DNA of 63,760 nucleotides, the filler included. It is 9 parts of 9 records of this genome, joined end to end, with 100 filler letters (N's around TTAATTAATTAA, not from the genome) between each part and the next. Parts side by side here need not be neighbours in the genome. Positions count along the whole stretch, not along the records: positions 1 to 7,188 come from SRR20825010_3453; positions 7,289 to 15,922 come from SRR20825010_3454; 7 more parts are not named here. One strand, written 5' to 3'. Shown here one piece after another: positions 1 to 11,483 of this stretch; positions within the stretch are counted from its first letter, which is position 1, and each line of letters starts with the position of its first letter. The notes under the pieces were generated by a model, which worked only from the letters and a program-made list of their open reading frames with translations, was not told the origin of the DNA and did no database searches. The position numbers were made by a program, and so were the translations under genes.

Positions 1-46
1 CCTCCACCTTGGCAAGGTGGCGCTCTACCAACTGAGCTATTTTCGC
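1..46 (-). tRNA. tRNA-Gly(GCC), 3' part cut off by the window edge
   Basis: Reverse complement reads GCGAAAATAGCTCAGTTGGTAGAGCG-CCACC-TT-GCC-AA-GGTGG-AGG: canonical D-arm plus anticodon stem-loop with GCC. Confidence 0.93.
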
Positions 47-87
47 AATTTATGTAATGAACGTCGCATCCTTTTCTGATGCGGGAG

Positions 88-117
88 CAAATTTAATACA
101 ATTCTATAAAAAGCAAA
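88..117 (-). promoter_or_regulatory. Bacteroidota housekeeping promoter for tRNA-Gly
   Basis: TAAATTTG (88-95) fits the TAnnTTTG -7 element; TTTG (114-117) lies 18 nt upstream. Confidence 0.65.
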
Positions 118-213
118 GAACTTTTCGCTAAAAAGAATCAAAATATTTATAATGTGCCCAAGGTGAATATTTTATATGGGATTTAAAGGCCAATTGGCCA
201 TTTACTAGATCCT

Positions 214-2829
214 CTAGGCATTTTTCTTTTTGGTGAGCAAACGCTTAATTTCGTTGAGTTTCATCAAGGCTTCAACAGGGGTTAAGGTGTTGATGTCCAG
301 ATGGGTAATTTCCTCCTTGATCTGTTCCAATAAAGGGTCGTCCAAATTAAAAAAGCTTAGCTGCATTTCGTTTTGCACCAATTGTAATTTATCCGAAAGC
401 TCTTCGCTGGAATGCGATTTTTCCAGTTTTTTAAGAATCTTATTGGCTTTGTGAATCACCTGTTGTGGCATACCGGCCATTTTGGCCACGTGTATACCAA
501 AACTATGCTCGCTACCTCCAGGGGTGAGTTTTCGTAAAAAGAGCACATTATCCTTCAGTTCCTTTACGGAGACATTGAAGTTCTTGATACGTGTAAATGT
601 CGAGGTCATTTCATTGAGCTCGTGATAATGTGTGGCAAACAAAGTTTTTGCCCTCGCGGGATGCTCATGTAAATATTCCGAAATGGCCCAAGCAATGGAA
701 ATGCCGTCATAAGTGCTGGTACCCCTGCCTATTTCATCCAAAAGTACCAGACTGCGTTCTGAGAGGTTGTTTAGAATGGAGGCTGTTTCGTTCATTTCTA
801 CCATAAAGGTAGATTCTCCCATAGAGATATTGTCACTGGCACCGACCCGTGTAAATATTTTGTCCACATAACCAATTTTGGCGGCATCTGCCGGTACAAA
901 ACTTCCCATCTGCGCCAATAATACTATGAGGGCCGTTTGTCTTAAGATGGCCGATTTACCACTCATGTTGGGGCCGGTAATCATAATGATCTGTTGCTCA
1001 TCCCTGTTCAAAGTAACATCATTGGCAATATAGGCTTCGCCCAAAGGCAATTGCTTTTCAATTACGGGATGCCTGCCTCCAATAATGGATAGTTCGGTGG
1101 AATCATCCATGTCCGGGGAGACATAGTTGTTCTCCTTGGCCAATTGGGTAAAACCACATAGACAGTCCAACTGCGCTATTTGAAAGGCATTGTTTTGTAC
1201 TGGGGCTATGTATTCCTGCATCCAGACTACCAACTGGGAAAACAATTGTTGCTCCAAACTTAAAATGCGTTCCTCAGCACCCAATATTTTAGCTTCGTAT
1301 TCCTTTAGCTCTTCGGTAATATAGCGCTCGGCATTCACCAGGGTCTGCTTTCGGATCCAATCTTCCGGCACTTTATCCTTATGGGTATTCCGCACTTCTA
1401 TATAATAACCGAATACATTGTTGGAGGCTATTTTCAGTGAACTAATTCCGGTACGTTGGGTTTCCCTTTCCAACATTTTGTCCAGGTAATCCTTGCCGGA
1501 AAAGGCCAGCCCCCTTAGCTCGTCCAATTCTGCGGAATAGCCCTTGGCAATGGTGCTCCCTTTTAGCATGTTTACAGGGGCTTCCTCGCTGACCATTTCT
1601 TTGATCTTGCTTCTCAGCATATCGCAGGTATGTAATTGGTCCCCAATAAGGCTCAAAGCTTCGTTCTTGCTTTTGGTAGTAATCTGTTTTATGGGGACAA
1701 TGGCCTCCAAGGAATTTTTAAGCTGCACAACTTCCTTGGGATTTATTTTCCCCGTGGCTACCTTGGAAATTAATCTTTCCAGATCGCCTATCAATTTTAT
1801 GCCGCTTTGTAATTTATGGTGGGCCGTTTCGTTTTCGGTTAAGTGGGTAATTACCTGATGCCTTCTTCTTATTTTTTCGATATTCTTCAAAGGAAGTGCC
1901 AACCATCTTTTCAACATTCTACCGCCCATAGGGGAGATAGTCTTATCTATGACATCTAAAAGGGTAACCGCATTTTGATTGTTGGAATGGTAAAGCTCCA
2001 GGTTTCTTATGGTAAACCTATCCATCCAAATATGTTCCTCTTCCGCAATGCGTTGTAAGGTATTGATGTGCTGTAACTGCCTATGCTGTGTGTCTGAAAG
2101 GTAATGTAGGACAACCCCTGCCGCTACTATACCATGGGCCAAATGGTCTACGCCAAAACCCTTTAGGCTTTTTGTTTTAAAATGATTGGTAAGTGTCTCC
2201 AGGGCATAATCATCCTGAAAAATCCAATCCTCTGTAAAAAAGGTATGGAAATTTTTGCCGAAGACCTCCAAAAATTCCTTTTTGTTGGCTTTTGATACCA
2301 ATACTTCGTTAGGAGAGAAATTTTGGAGCAATTTGTCTATCTGTTCCTCATTGCCTTCCGAAGTTAGAAATTCGCCTGTGGATATATCCACAAAGGATAT
2401 TCCCAATCTTTTTCGTCCAAAATGAACCGCACATAAAAAATTGTTGGTCTTGGCCGAGAGGATGTCGTCGTTCATGGCTACACCTGGGGTAACCAGTTCC
2501 GTAACACCCCTTTTTACTATGGTCTTGGTAAGCTTAGGGTCTTCCAGCTGATCGCATATGGCAACCCTTTGCCCCGCTTTTACCAGTTTTGGCAAATAAG
2601 TGTTTAGGGAATGGTGCGGAAAACCGGCAAGTTCTGTTCTGTCACCACCATTGTTCCGATGGGTAAGAATAATGCCCAGTATTTTTGAAGCCTTAACGGC
2701 ATCTTCCCCAAAAGTCTCATAAAAATCCCCAACACGGAACAATAATAGGGCATCAGGATATTTCACCTTAATGGTATTGTACTGTTTCATTAAAGGGGTT
2801 ACCTTTTTTGTTTTTCCCGAGTCTGCCAA
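214..2829 (-). CDS. mutS: DNA mismatch repair protein MutS
   Basis: [15 protein letters not shown], Walker [25 protein letters not shown] and FATHYHEL motifs. Likely start is TTG at 2829; the extension to 2958 looks non-coding. Confidence 0.97.
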   Translation of the reverse strand: MADSGKTKKVTPLMKQYNTIKVKYPDALLLFRVGDFYETFGEDAVKASKILGIILTHRNNGGDRTELAGFPHHSLNTYLPKLVKAGQRVAICDQLEDPKLTKTIVKRGVTELVTPGVAMNDDILSAKTNNFLCAVHFGRKRLGISFVDISTGEFLTSEGNEEQIDKLLQNFSPNEVLVSKANKKEFLEVFGKNFHTFFTEDWIFQDDYALETLTNHFKTKSLKGFGVDHLAHGIVAAGVVLHYLSDTQHRQLQHINTLQRIAEEEHIWMDRFTIRNLELYHSNNQNAVTLLDVIDKTISPMGGRMLKRWLALPLKNIEKIRRRHQVITHLTENETAHHKLQSGIKLIGDLERLISKVATGKINPKEVVQLKNSLEAIVPIKQITTKSKNEALSLIGDQLHTCDMLRSKIKEMVSEEAPVNMLKGSTIAKGYSAELDELRGLAFSGKDYLDKMLERETQRTGISSLKIASNNVFGYYIEVRNTHKDKVPEDWIRKQTLVNAERYITEELKEYEAKILGAEERILSLEQQLFSQLVVWMQEYIAPVQNNAFQIAQLDCLCGFTQLAKENNYVSPDMDDSTELSIIGGRHPVIEKQLPLGEAYIANDVTLNRDEQQIIMITGPNMSGKSAILRQTALIVLLAQMGSFVPADAAKIGYVDKIFTRVGASDNISMGESTFMVEMNETASILNNLSERSLVLLDEIGRGTSTYDGISIAWAISEYLHEHPARAKTLFATHYHELNEMTSTFTRIKNFNVSVKELKDNVLFLRKLTPGGSEHSFGIHVAKMAGMPQQVIHKANKILKKLEKSHSSEELSDKLQLVQNEMQLSFFNLDDPLLEQIKEEITHLDINTLTPVEALMKLNEIKRLLTKKKNA

Positions 2830-2999
2830 AAGAGATTTTATTAACTTATTTTTGCATTCCTTTCCTAGACAACGAATGTAAGGTTTATCTACTGGAATGT
2901 ACACTATTGTTGATATTTTGGGGATAACTTTATGCCGTTTTGACCTGGCTAATGTCATTGTTGAAGGTAGGAAATTAGTAAAAGCAAAAATTGGATTGA

Positions 3000-3530
3000 A
3001 TGCGTAAATTGGAGAATAGCGAATTGGACCGACTTAATGTAGAAGAGTTTAAACAGGTGGAAAAAACACCGATTTGCATTGTGCTGGACAATGTGAGGAG
3101 CTTGAACAACATTGGATCGGTATTTAGAACGGCCGATGCTTTTTTGATAGAAAAGATATACCTGTGCGGAATTACCGCAACCCCTCCCCATAAGGACATT
3201 CATAAAACCGCCTTAGGAGCTACCGATAGTGTGGCCTGGGAACATAGGGAGAGTACCATGGAACTCTTGGAAGAATTAAGGGAGGAAGGCTATACTTCCC
3301 TTGCTGTGGAGCAGGCCGAGAATGCGGTTATGCTGAACGACTTTAAGGTGGAAGAAAATAAAAAGTATGCCCTAATTTTTGGCAACGAGGTAAAAGGGGT
3401 TTCCCAAGAAGTAGTCTCTGCTAGCGATCTGGTCTTGGAAATTCCGCAGTACGGTACAAAACATTCCCTAAATATTTCGGTAAGCGTGGGTATTGTGGTT
3501 TGGGACCTCTGGGCTAAATTGAAACCATAA
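3000..3530 (+). CDS. TrmH/SpoU-family RNA methyltransferase
   Basis: SPOUT motifs [25 protein letters not shown] and [15 protein letters not shown]. Confidence 0.93.
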   Translation: MRKLENSELDRLNVEEFKQVEKTPICIVLDNVRSLNNIGSVFRTADAFLIEKIYLCGITATPPHKDIHKTALGATDSVAWEHRESTMELLEELREEGYTSLAVEQAENAVMLNDFKVEENKKYALIFGNEVKGVSQEVVSASDLVLEIPQYGTKHSLNISVSVGIVVWDLWAKLKP

Positions 3531-3699
3531 ATCGATTTCCTTTCAATTTTTAAATTAAACCCCACTGCGGATGTGATGCACTGTTTTAAAGCGAATAGAG
3601 CATATTCTACGGCATTCCTGCAATGTGCAATATCGGTCATTGATTCTGCCACACATACACTTGGAAATACTTGTAAGGGGAATAAAAATAAAGCTTATA

Positions 3700-3826
3700 A
3701 AAACCAAAACCCAACCGTTTGGTTGGGTTTGGCACTATATAGTTTGAGTTAGTTAGTTTAAAACCTTAAAGTCTTTCCATCAAATTTTTAGATCTGCCCG
3801 AGGGCTAAAAACGACTTTATTGGAGG
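3700..3826 (-). ncRNA. Candidate small structured RNA ending in an intrinsic terminator
   Basis: Nested stems AAAGTC/GACTTT and TTTTTA/TAAAAA around a GCC-CTCG-GGC hairpin, an AACTAACTAACTCAAA tract, then hairpin AAACCCAACC/GGTTGGGTTT with a T-run. Confidence 0.4.
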
Positions 3827-3877
3827 CGCAAGTAAATAAATTGATTTGTCCTGTGCAAATAATATGTGAAAATTATC

Positions 3878-5023
3878 TTAAAATGAGAGTTTCACCGCAT
3901 ATTTCTGGATTTTGTCCAGAATTACTTCATAATCGGCCGGATTTTCAACGAAATCCAATTCACTAATATCCAATACTAGATTATTTTGCTCAGGAAAACT
4001 TCGTATATAATCAAAGTACCCACGGTTTAGCTGTTCCAAATATTCCGGGGCTATATTCTGTTCGTAACCTCTTCCTCTTTGCTTTATATTGCGTAGTAAG
4101 CGTTCCGTGTTTTGGTACAGGTAAATATATATTTTCGGCTTTTTTATCTCTTTGTACATAAGGTTAAAAAGCTTTCTGTACAGTTTAAATTCTTCTTCCT
4201 GAAGGGTGACCTTGGCGAAAATTATGGATTTGTTAATGTCGTAATCGCTTACCATAAAGTTCTTGAACAGATCAAACTGGGAAGTATCGTCCATAAATTG
4301 CTGGTAGCGATCTGCCAGAAAGGACATTTCCAAGGGGAAGGCAAACCTACCTTGATCCTCATAAAACTTAGGTAGAAATGGGTTGTCCGCAAACCTTTCC
4401 AAGACCAATTTTGCATTAAAATCCTGGCCAATCTTATGGGCCAAGGTTGTTTTTCCCGCGCCAATATTTCCTTCAATGGCAATATATTCCAATTGGGAAA
4501 ATAACTGTGATCTGTTCGTATATAGCTTATGGGACGTTTTTGTAATAATACTTTTGTCCTTGCATTCCTGTAATAGGTTTCTGGTATCCTTATTTAGAAT
4601 TGGATGGTAGAACTGTGGAGCTATGTCTGCCAAGGGTCTAAGTACAAACCTTCTCAATTGCAAGTTGGGGTGGGGGATGGTCAGTAAATCGGTATTAATG
4701 ATTTCCTTATCAAAATATAGTATATCGATATCGACGGTCCTGGAGGAGTAGCCTGTTCCCTTATTCCTTTCCCTGCCCAACCTTGTTTCTATTTCCAGTA
4801 ATTTTTCCAAAAGAGCGGTTGGGGTAAGTGGGGTTTCTACCTTAATGCACGCATTGAAGAAATTGTCACCCTCAAAACCCCAAGCCGGCGTTTCGTATAC
4901 TGGGGATGTTTTTATGACTTCGCCCACATTGGCTTGAATTAAGAATACCACCTCCTGCAAATGGTTGAGTTTGTCCCCAAGATTGCTTCCAAGTGAAAGA
5001 TATGTTGTTGTGGTCTTGTTCAT
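3878..5023 (-). CDS. folK: HPPK (FolK) fused to a deoxynucleoside kinase domain
   Basis: N-terminal YLSLGSNLGD, RTVDIDIL and IPHP (HPPK); C-terminal IAIEGNIGAGKTT P-loop and NPFLPKFY (dNK). Confidence 0.95.
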   Translation of the reverse strand: MNKTTTTYLSLGSNLGDKLNHLQEVVFLIQANVGEVIKTSPVYETPAWGFEGDNFFNACIKVETPLTPTALLEKLLEIETRLGRERNKGTGYSSRTVDIDILYFDKEIINTDLLTIPHPNLQLRRFVLRPLADIAPQFYHPILNKDTRNLLQECKDKSIITKTSHKLYTNRSQLFSQLEYIAIEGNIGAGKTTLAHKIGQDFNAKLVLERFADNPFLPKFYEDQGRFAFPLEMSFLADRYQQFMDDTSQFDLFKNFMVSDYDINKSIIFAKVTLQEEEFKLYRKLFNLMYKEIKKPKIYIYLYQNTERLLRNIKQRGRGYEQNIAPEYLEQLNRGYFDYIRSFPEQNNLVLDISELDFVENPADYEVILDKIQKYAVKLSF

Positions 5024-5152
5024 AATAGGCGGGCAAAGTAAACAAAAGTAATTAACTTCATAAAGGGAAATACCAAAAACAGGACCAATTTTTAGTGGTC
5101 TTTCCTAAATTGTGTATAAGGAGGTTGCAGGCTAAAAATTCAACATTTATAA

Positions 5153-5181
5153 TTGCAACAATCCTACATTGGTTATCTTTG
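5153..5181 (+). promoter_or_regulatory. Bacteroidota promoter for sppA
   Basis: TATCTTTG (5174-5181) matches TAnnTTTG; TTG lies 18 nt upstream. Confidence 0.65.
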
Positions 5182-5207
5182 CAAGTTATTAGCAATACAT
5201 ACGAGGA

Positions 5208-6968
5208 ATGAACTTTTTAAGAAATTTATTAGCTGCAATTATAGGATGTCTCATAGCTTTTGGAATCATGTTTGTCATGTTTCTTGTTTTAGCTGCCCTC
5301 ATCGGTCAAGGCGAGGATACCGTAGTGGTCAAGGATAATTCCGTTTTGGAAATTCAATTGCAGACCCCTATCAATGATTATGTGGGGATGGATGAATCCA
5401 ATCCCTTTGCAGGACTCTTCAATGTAAATCAGGGATTGGACGAGATATTGCATGCCATTCGTGTTGCTAAGGAGGACAATAAAATAAGAGGGATTAGCCT
5501 AAATAATAATGTGCTTATGGCCGGTTTGTCCCAAACTCAGGCTATTCGGGATGCCTTGGCCGATTTTGGTGAGAGCGGAAAGTTTATATATGCCTATGGG
5601 GACTTTTATACGCAAAAGGACTATTATTTGGCCAGTGCGGCCAATGAGGTATTCCTTAATCCAGTTGGCGCCATGGATTTTAAAGGATTGTCTACGGAAG
5701 TTTTATTTTTTAAGGATCTTCAGGAAAAGTCCGGTATTAAAATGGAAGTGATTCGGCATGGGAAGTATAAGAGTGCTGTAGAACCATTTTTGGCCAATGA
5801 AATGAGTGAGGCCAATAGGACCCAGATCAAGGAGTTGTTGGATGCCTTATGGCAATCCATGCTTACCAATATTTCGGAAAGTAGGGATATTTCTGTTAAA
5901 GATTTGAACCAGATTGCGGATACTTTGGGTACACGTACCTCAAAATATGCGGCGTTATCCGGGTTGATCGATGAGATAGTGTATTTCGATGAATACGAAA
6001 GCATGATCAAGGAAAAAATAGGGATAGATACGGCAGAGGATATCAACTATGTCCCAATATCCGATTATATACGAACTGCTGGCAAAATAAAAATCAATAG
6101 TGGTAATGATAAGATTGCTGTGATCTTTGCGCAAGGAGAAATCTGGTACGGGGAGGGAGGCTCCGATGTAATTGGTCAAGGAATTATTAATGACGCCCTA
6201 AAAAAAGCCAGGGAAGATAAGAATGTAAAGGCAATAGTGTTGAGGGTAAATTCCCCGGGAGGCAGTGCATTGGCCTCCGATATTATTTGGCGCGAGATCG
6301 AAATTACCAAGCAATCCAAACCAGTGGTGGTCTCCATGGGCGATGTTGCTGCTTCGGGAGGTTACTACATTGCGGCGGGAGCCGATAAGATCTTCGCCGA
6401 ACCTACTACGATTACCGGGTCTATTGGCGTTTTTGGAACTATTCCGAATATAAGTGAACTGGCCGAAAATATAGGGGTCAACGCCGAACAGGTGGGGACC
6501 AACAAAAACTCGGTAGACTATTCCTTATTTGAACCTATGAACGATAGTTTTAGAAGCAACGTTTTGGAAGGCATAGAAGCTACCTATGAAACATTTTTGG
6601 ATAGGGTGGCCCAAGGCCGTGGAATTACCATGGCACAGGCCGATAGTGTTGCCCAAGGTAGGGTATGGAGCGGGGTAGATGCCAAGCGCTTGGGATTGGT
6701 AGATGAATTGGGGGGACTGGATGAGGCTATTGAAGCGGCTGCTAAAATGGTAGGTTTGGACAACTATGGAATAAGAAAACTTCCCAAGTACAAATCGGAT
6801 TTTGAGAAGTTAATGGAAGATTTAGGAGGTGCTACAACCAAAAGCAAGGAAAGCATTATTCAACAAGAAATCGGGACTGAGGCCTATGCCATCCTAAAGG
6901 AAATAAAGCAGGCAATGCAAAATAAAGGCATTCAGGCCAGAATGCCGTTTACCTTGAATATCAAATAG
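5208..6968 (+). CDS. sppA: Signal peptide peptidase SppA (protease IV, 67K type)
   Basis: N-terminal TM anchor; GKYKSAVEPF, RVNSPGGS, AASGGYY, TGSIGV and QGRVWSG motifs. Confidence 0.96.
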   Translation: MNFLRNLLAAIIGCLIAFGIMFVMFLVLAALIGQGEDTVVVKDNSVLEIQLQTPINDYVGMDESNPFAGLFNVNQGLDEILHAIRVAKEDNKIRGISLNNNVLMAGLSQTQAIRDALADFGESGKFIYAYGDFYTQKDYYLASAANEVFLNPVGAMDFKGLSTEVLFFKDLQEKSGIKMEVIRHGKYKSAVEPFLANEMSEANRTQIKELLDALWQSMLTNISESRDISVKDLNQIADTLGTRTSKYAALSGLIDEIVYFDEYESMIKEKIGIDTAEDINYVPISDYIRTAGKIKINSGNDKIAVIFAQGEIWYGEGGSDVIGQGIINDALKKAREDKNVKAIVLRVNSPGGSALASDIIWREIEITKQSKPVVVSMGDVAASGGYYIAAGADKIFAEPTTITGSIGVFGTIPNISELAENIGVNAEQVGTNKNSVDYSLFEPMNDSFRSNVLEGIEATYETFLDRVAQGRGITMAQADSVAQGRVWSGVDAKRLGLVDELGGLDEAIEAAAKMVGLDNYGIRKLPKYKSDFEKLMEDLGGATTKSKESIIQQEIGTEAYAILKEIKQAMQNKGIQARMPFTLNIK

Positions 6969-7001
6969 AAAATTTTGATCCAAATAGGATTCAATTAAAA
7001 T

Positions 7002-7032
7002 GACCGTGCAAATACATCTGGACGGTCTTTTT
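7002..7032 (+). terminator. Probable intrinsic terminator after sppA
   Basis: GACCGT...ACGGTC stem followed by TTTTT. Confidence 0.55.
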
Positions 7033-7188
7033 GATTTTAAATAAGTACTTGGATCTTAGGTTTTAAGCATAAATAACTATACTTTTTCCCAATAGTTTGG
7101 GATGTTGCAATTAGCAGGCTAACTCTTTGCTGCAATCGTCATCCTAACCATTATCTTAAATTTTATTAGTGAAACTCAATTTTGAGAA

Positions 7189-7288
7189 NNNNNNNNNNNN
7201 NNNNNNNNNNNNNNNNNNNNNNNNNNNNNNNNTTAATTAATTAANNNNNNNNNNNNNNNNNNNNNNNNNNNNNNNNNNNNNNNNNNNN
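7189..7288. other. Artificial contig linker
   Basis: N44-TTAATTAATTAA-N44; the core gives stops in all six frames. Confidence 0.98.
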
Positions 7289-10058
7289 TGTTTTGATATT
7301 AAGCTATATCGGATTTAAGAAACTAGAGGTTATAGTGGGAAGCTCGGAGGAACTTTCCCTTGTATTAGAGGAAGATGTGACTGATCTTGGAGCGGTGACG
7401 GTCAATGCAGGATATTATTCTGTAAAGGAGCGAGAGCGCACTGGAAGTATTTCAAGCATCTCTGCTGCTGATATTGAAGAGCAACCCGTTACCAATGTTC
7501 TTGCTACTATGCAAGGACGAATGCCGGGAGTGTATATCACACAAGACTCGGGGGTACCTGGTAGTGGTTTTCAAATTCAGATAAGGGGGCAAAATAGCTT
7601 GCGATCGGATGGGAATATGCCTTTGTATATTGTGGATGGTGTTCCTTTTACAACCCAGTCTATGGAGAGTTTCTATACCGGAGAGGCAGTACCTGGAATT
7701 ATTAACCCTTTAAATAATATCGACCCTACGTCCATAGCAAGTATCGAGGTGTTAAAAGATGCCGATGCTACGGCTATTTATGGCTCACGTGGAGCGAATG
7801 GGGTGGTATTAATTACAACAAAAAAAGGAGTTGCTGGTAAAACCCGGTTTCAGATAGGATACACCTATGGATTGGGAAGGGTTGCTAATTTCATGGACCT
7901 TATGGATACCAATACCTATCTGGAGATGAGACGGGAAGCTTATGCCAATGATGGTATAATAACATATCCTGCCAATGCTTACGATGTAAATGGAACATGG
8001 GATCAAAACCGTTATACGGACTGGCAAGAAGTATTAATAGGGGGAACCTCTGATATTATAGATGCGACAGGTTCCGTGTCAGGGGGGAGTGAGCACACTC
8101 AATTTTTAGTGAATGGGAATTACCATAAGGAAACCACTGTATATCCAGGAGATTATGCGTATAATAAGTTTGGACTTAATAGTAGTATCAATCACAGTAC
8201 CCGTGATGAAAAGTTTAAGGTACATTTAACTGCTGGTTATACAATTCAAAATAACAACTTACCGGGGTTGTCATTTATGACAGATATCTACCAATTAGCT
8301 CCTAATGCTCCGGCATTGTATCAGGAGGATGGGACTCTGAATTGGGAAAATAGTAGTTGGGAGAATCCATATAGTGTATTTGAAACCTCTTATGAATCAA
8401 AAACGAATAGCCTTATATCAAATCTGTTACTTTCTTATGAACCTATTGATGGGTTGGAGTTTAAAACCAGTTTGGGTTATACTAATAATCAGTTTTTTGA
8501 TCAAATGCTTCGTCCATCTACTGTATATGATCCAGCATATGAAATTACCAGTGAGTTTTCGAATGCCTACAAAAATCAGGTACATTTTAATTCTTGGATT
8601 GTCGAACCACAAGTATCTTATAAAAAAGAATTTTCGGCATTTAAAACGCAGTTATTAGTTGGAGGGACATTTCAAAAACAAGTTTCTTCACAATTAGTGC
8701 ATAGTACTAGTGGGTATGCCAGTAACAGCCTATTAGGAAATATGACTGCTGCTTCGTTTATTAATATTGCCACGGATGATCAGACTGAATATAAATACAA
8801 TGCCATATTTGGACGATTGAATACTTCCCTTTTTAATCGTTATTTTATAAACATAACAGGGAGACGGGATGGATCTTCTCGTTTTGGTCCTGGTCGCCAA
8901 TTTGCCAATTTTGGTGCAATAGGTATTGCATGGTTGTTTTCAGAGGAATCCTGGTTAGAAAACTTAAATTTTTTAAGTTATGGAAAATTAAGAGCGAGCT
9001 ATGGGACAACAGGAAATGATCAGATAGGTGATTATCAGTATTTGGATACGTATACCATTAGCGGAAATAGTTACAATGGAATAGCCGTTATGGAACCCTC
9101 AAGGCTTTTTAATCCTTCTTTTAGCTGGGAAGAAAACAAAAAGTTAGAGGTAGCCATGGAAACAGGATTTATAAAAGATCGACTCTTTTTAACGGTTGCT
9201 TATTTTAAGAACCGTTCTTCGAATCAGTTGGTAGGAATACCACTTCCGGGAACAACAGGTTTTTCTTCTATTCAGGCTAATTTAAATGCTACTATAGAAA
9301 ATAAAGGATGGGAGTTTACATTACGTTCCGAACAATTTAAAAACGAAGATTTTTCATGGAGTACTACATTTAATCTAAGTGTTAACCGTAACCGACTGGT
9401 CTCTTTTCCAGGATTAGAAACCTCCACCTATAGCAATAGCTATGTTATAGGAGAACCTTTAAATATCAGTAAGGTATATCAGTATGAGGGCTTGGACTCT
9501 CAAACGGGACTGTATCAATTTAAAGATTTTAACGACGATGATTTATTAACACGTGAAAATGATCGGGAAGCTATCATACGATTTGATCCTGACTTTTTTG
9601 GTGGAATCCAAAATAGTATTCGTTATAAAGGATTATCCGTAGACTTTCTTTTTCAATTTGTTAAACAAGATCGTTATACCGGTGAACATTCAATGGGAAT
9701 GGCTGGAAGAATGGGGAATCAATTAAACCTATTACAGGATCGTTGGAAGCAACCAGGAGACATCGCAACCTTTCAGCCCTATTCTTCAGGGGCTAATTCT
9801 GAACTTAGATCAAGGTATTTGAATTATTCCCAAAGTAACGCTGTATTGGATGATGCCTCCTTTATTAGACTTAAGAACATAGCTATTTCTTATCAATTAC
9901 CGAGGAATATCTTGCATGGGGTTACTTGCAGTATTATTTTAAAGGGACAAAATCTATTGACTTTTACAGATTATGAGGGATTAGATCCAGAAGCTAATTT
10001 CACAAATAGTTTACCACCATTGCAAGTACTCACCACAGGGATACAACTCCATTTTTAA
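7289..10058 (+). CDS. SusC/RagA-family TonB-dependent transporter, 5'-truncated
   Basis: LSYIGF, the SusC signature IEVLKDADATAIYGSRGANGVVLITTKKG, RRDGSSRFG, DASFIRLKNI and a C-terminal Phe. Confidence 0.96.
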
Positions 10059-10070
10059 ATTAATAAAATC

Positions 10071-11483
10071 ATGAAAAAATATATAACAACAGTTTTAAAA
10101 AATAAAAAAACAAATGGGCATCTTTGGTTTCGAAGCCTGCTAATATTTGTATGCTGCAGTACATTTTTGCTGTCTTGTTCAGATTTTGTGGAGGTAGAAC
10201 TTCCTTCATCGCAACTCAATGCTGATGATATCTTTACCGATATTTCTTCTGCTAATGCAGCCATGGCTTCCATATATGCTGAAATGCGTGATGGTAGTAT
10301 GGTAAGTGATTTAAGTTATCAGATAGGGAATTATGCAGATGAATTGGATTATTACGGTAGTATGGCTTCTGACACCGAGGATTTTAATAAAAATACGGTA
10401 ATTTCTTCCAATGGTACCATCAAAAGCTGGTGGAATACTGCCTATAATTTAATTTATAGTGCAAACTCAATTCTAGAACGTGTTGAGAATTCAAAACAAC
10501 TTTCTACAAGTGATTGCAATCAGTTAAAAGGGGAAGCTTTATTTGTAAGAGCATACCTTCATTTTTACTTGGCGCAACTTTATGGAGCAGTCCCTTATGT
10601 AACGACCACTAATTATTCAGAGAATGCTAAGGTGGTTAAAATTCCTGTTGATCAGTTGTATTTAAATGTACTGGAGGATTTAAAAGTAGCTGAAGGCTTA
10701 TTAGGTTTGGAATATGTAAATCCAAATCGTACCCGTCCAAATAGAGGCGTAGTTAAAGCACTTATGGCAAGAATATATTTATATACAGATCAATGGGAGG
10801 CTGCTGCTCAGGCAGCTTCGTATTGCATAAACAATACAGGTACATATACATGGAACACAAATTTAAATACCTTGTTTTTAAAAGATAATACTACAACTAT
10901 TTGGCAATGGTCTCCTGAATTTGAAGGACAAAACACCAATGAAGGGCAAGCTTTTATATTCTTTTCAGTACCTCCGGGAAACGTAGCCTTGAATCCTGAG
11001 CTTGTAGCAAGTTTTGAAACTAATGATTTGAGATTGGATGGTTGGATTAAGGGATTATCGGATGGGGAAACTACTTGGTATTATGCATATAAATATAAAG
11101 AGCAAGGTGGGACGGATGTCTCAAGAGAGTATAGTGTCATTTTTCGATTGGCTGAACAATATTTGATAAGGAGCGAAGCACGTGTACAAAACGGCGACAT
11201 AGAGGGAGGGGTGTCTGACCTAAATAAAATAAGAAATCGCGCAGGACTTTCCGAAGTTGGTGTTACTGATAAAGCTACCTTATTGAAACTTATCTTAGAG
11301 GAACGTAGGCATGAATACTTTACAGAATTAGGACATCGCTTTTTTGATTTAAAGCGTACAGAACAGCTGGATACTGTTTTAGGAGTTAAACCAGGTTGGA
11401 ATACAACAGACAGAATATTACCATTACCAGAGGATGAACTCTTGATAAATCCAAATTTAGAACCGCAAAATAAAGGATATTGA
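10071..11483 (+). CDS. SusD/RagB-family surface lipoprotein
   Basis: Lipobox LLSC; GEALFVRAYLHF, FRLAEQYLIRSEA, ERRHEYFTELGHRFFDLKR and the QNKGY end. Confidence 0.95.
   Translation: MKKYITTVLKNKKTNGHLWFRSLLIFVCCSTFLLSCSDFVEVELPSSQLNADDIFTDISSANAAMASIYAEMRDGSMVSDLSYQIGNYADELDYYGSMASDTEDFNKNTVISSNGTIKSWWNTAYNLIYSANSILERVENSKQLSTSDCNQLKGEALFVRAYLHFYLAQLYGAVPYVTTTNYSENAKVVKIPVDQLYLNVLEDLKVAEGLLGLEYVNPNRTRPNRGVVKALMARIYLYTDQWEAAAQAASYCINNTGTYTWNTNLNTLFLKDNTTTIWQWSPEFEGQNTNEGQAFIFFSVPPGNVALNPELVASFETNDLRLDGWIKGLSDGETTWYYAYKYKEQGGTDVSREYSVIFRLAEQYLIRSEARVQNGDIEGGVSDLNKIRNRAGLSEVGVTDKATLLKLILEERRHEYFTELGHRFFDLKRTEQLDTVLGVKPGWNTTDRILPLPEDELLINPNLEPQNKGY

Noticed and set aside
2830-2958. 43-aa N-terminal extension of MutS in the ORF track
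   Set aside because: No MutS-like content; it spans the divergent promoter region, and a TTG at 2829 gives a normal-length protein.
3576-3752. 58-aa + strand ORF downstream of the TrmH gene
   Set aside because: No recognisable motif, and it runs through the terminator hairpin.
7233-7244. TTAATTAATTAA recurring eight times as a possible biological repeat or att site
   Set aside because: Always centred in N-runs of identical length; it is an assembly spacer with six-frame stops.
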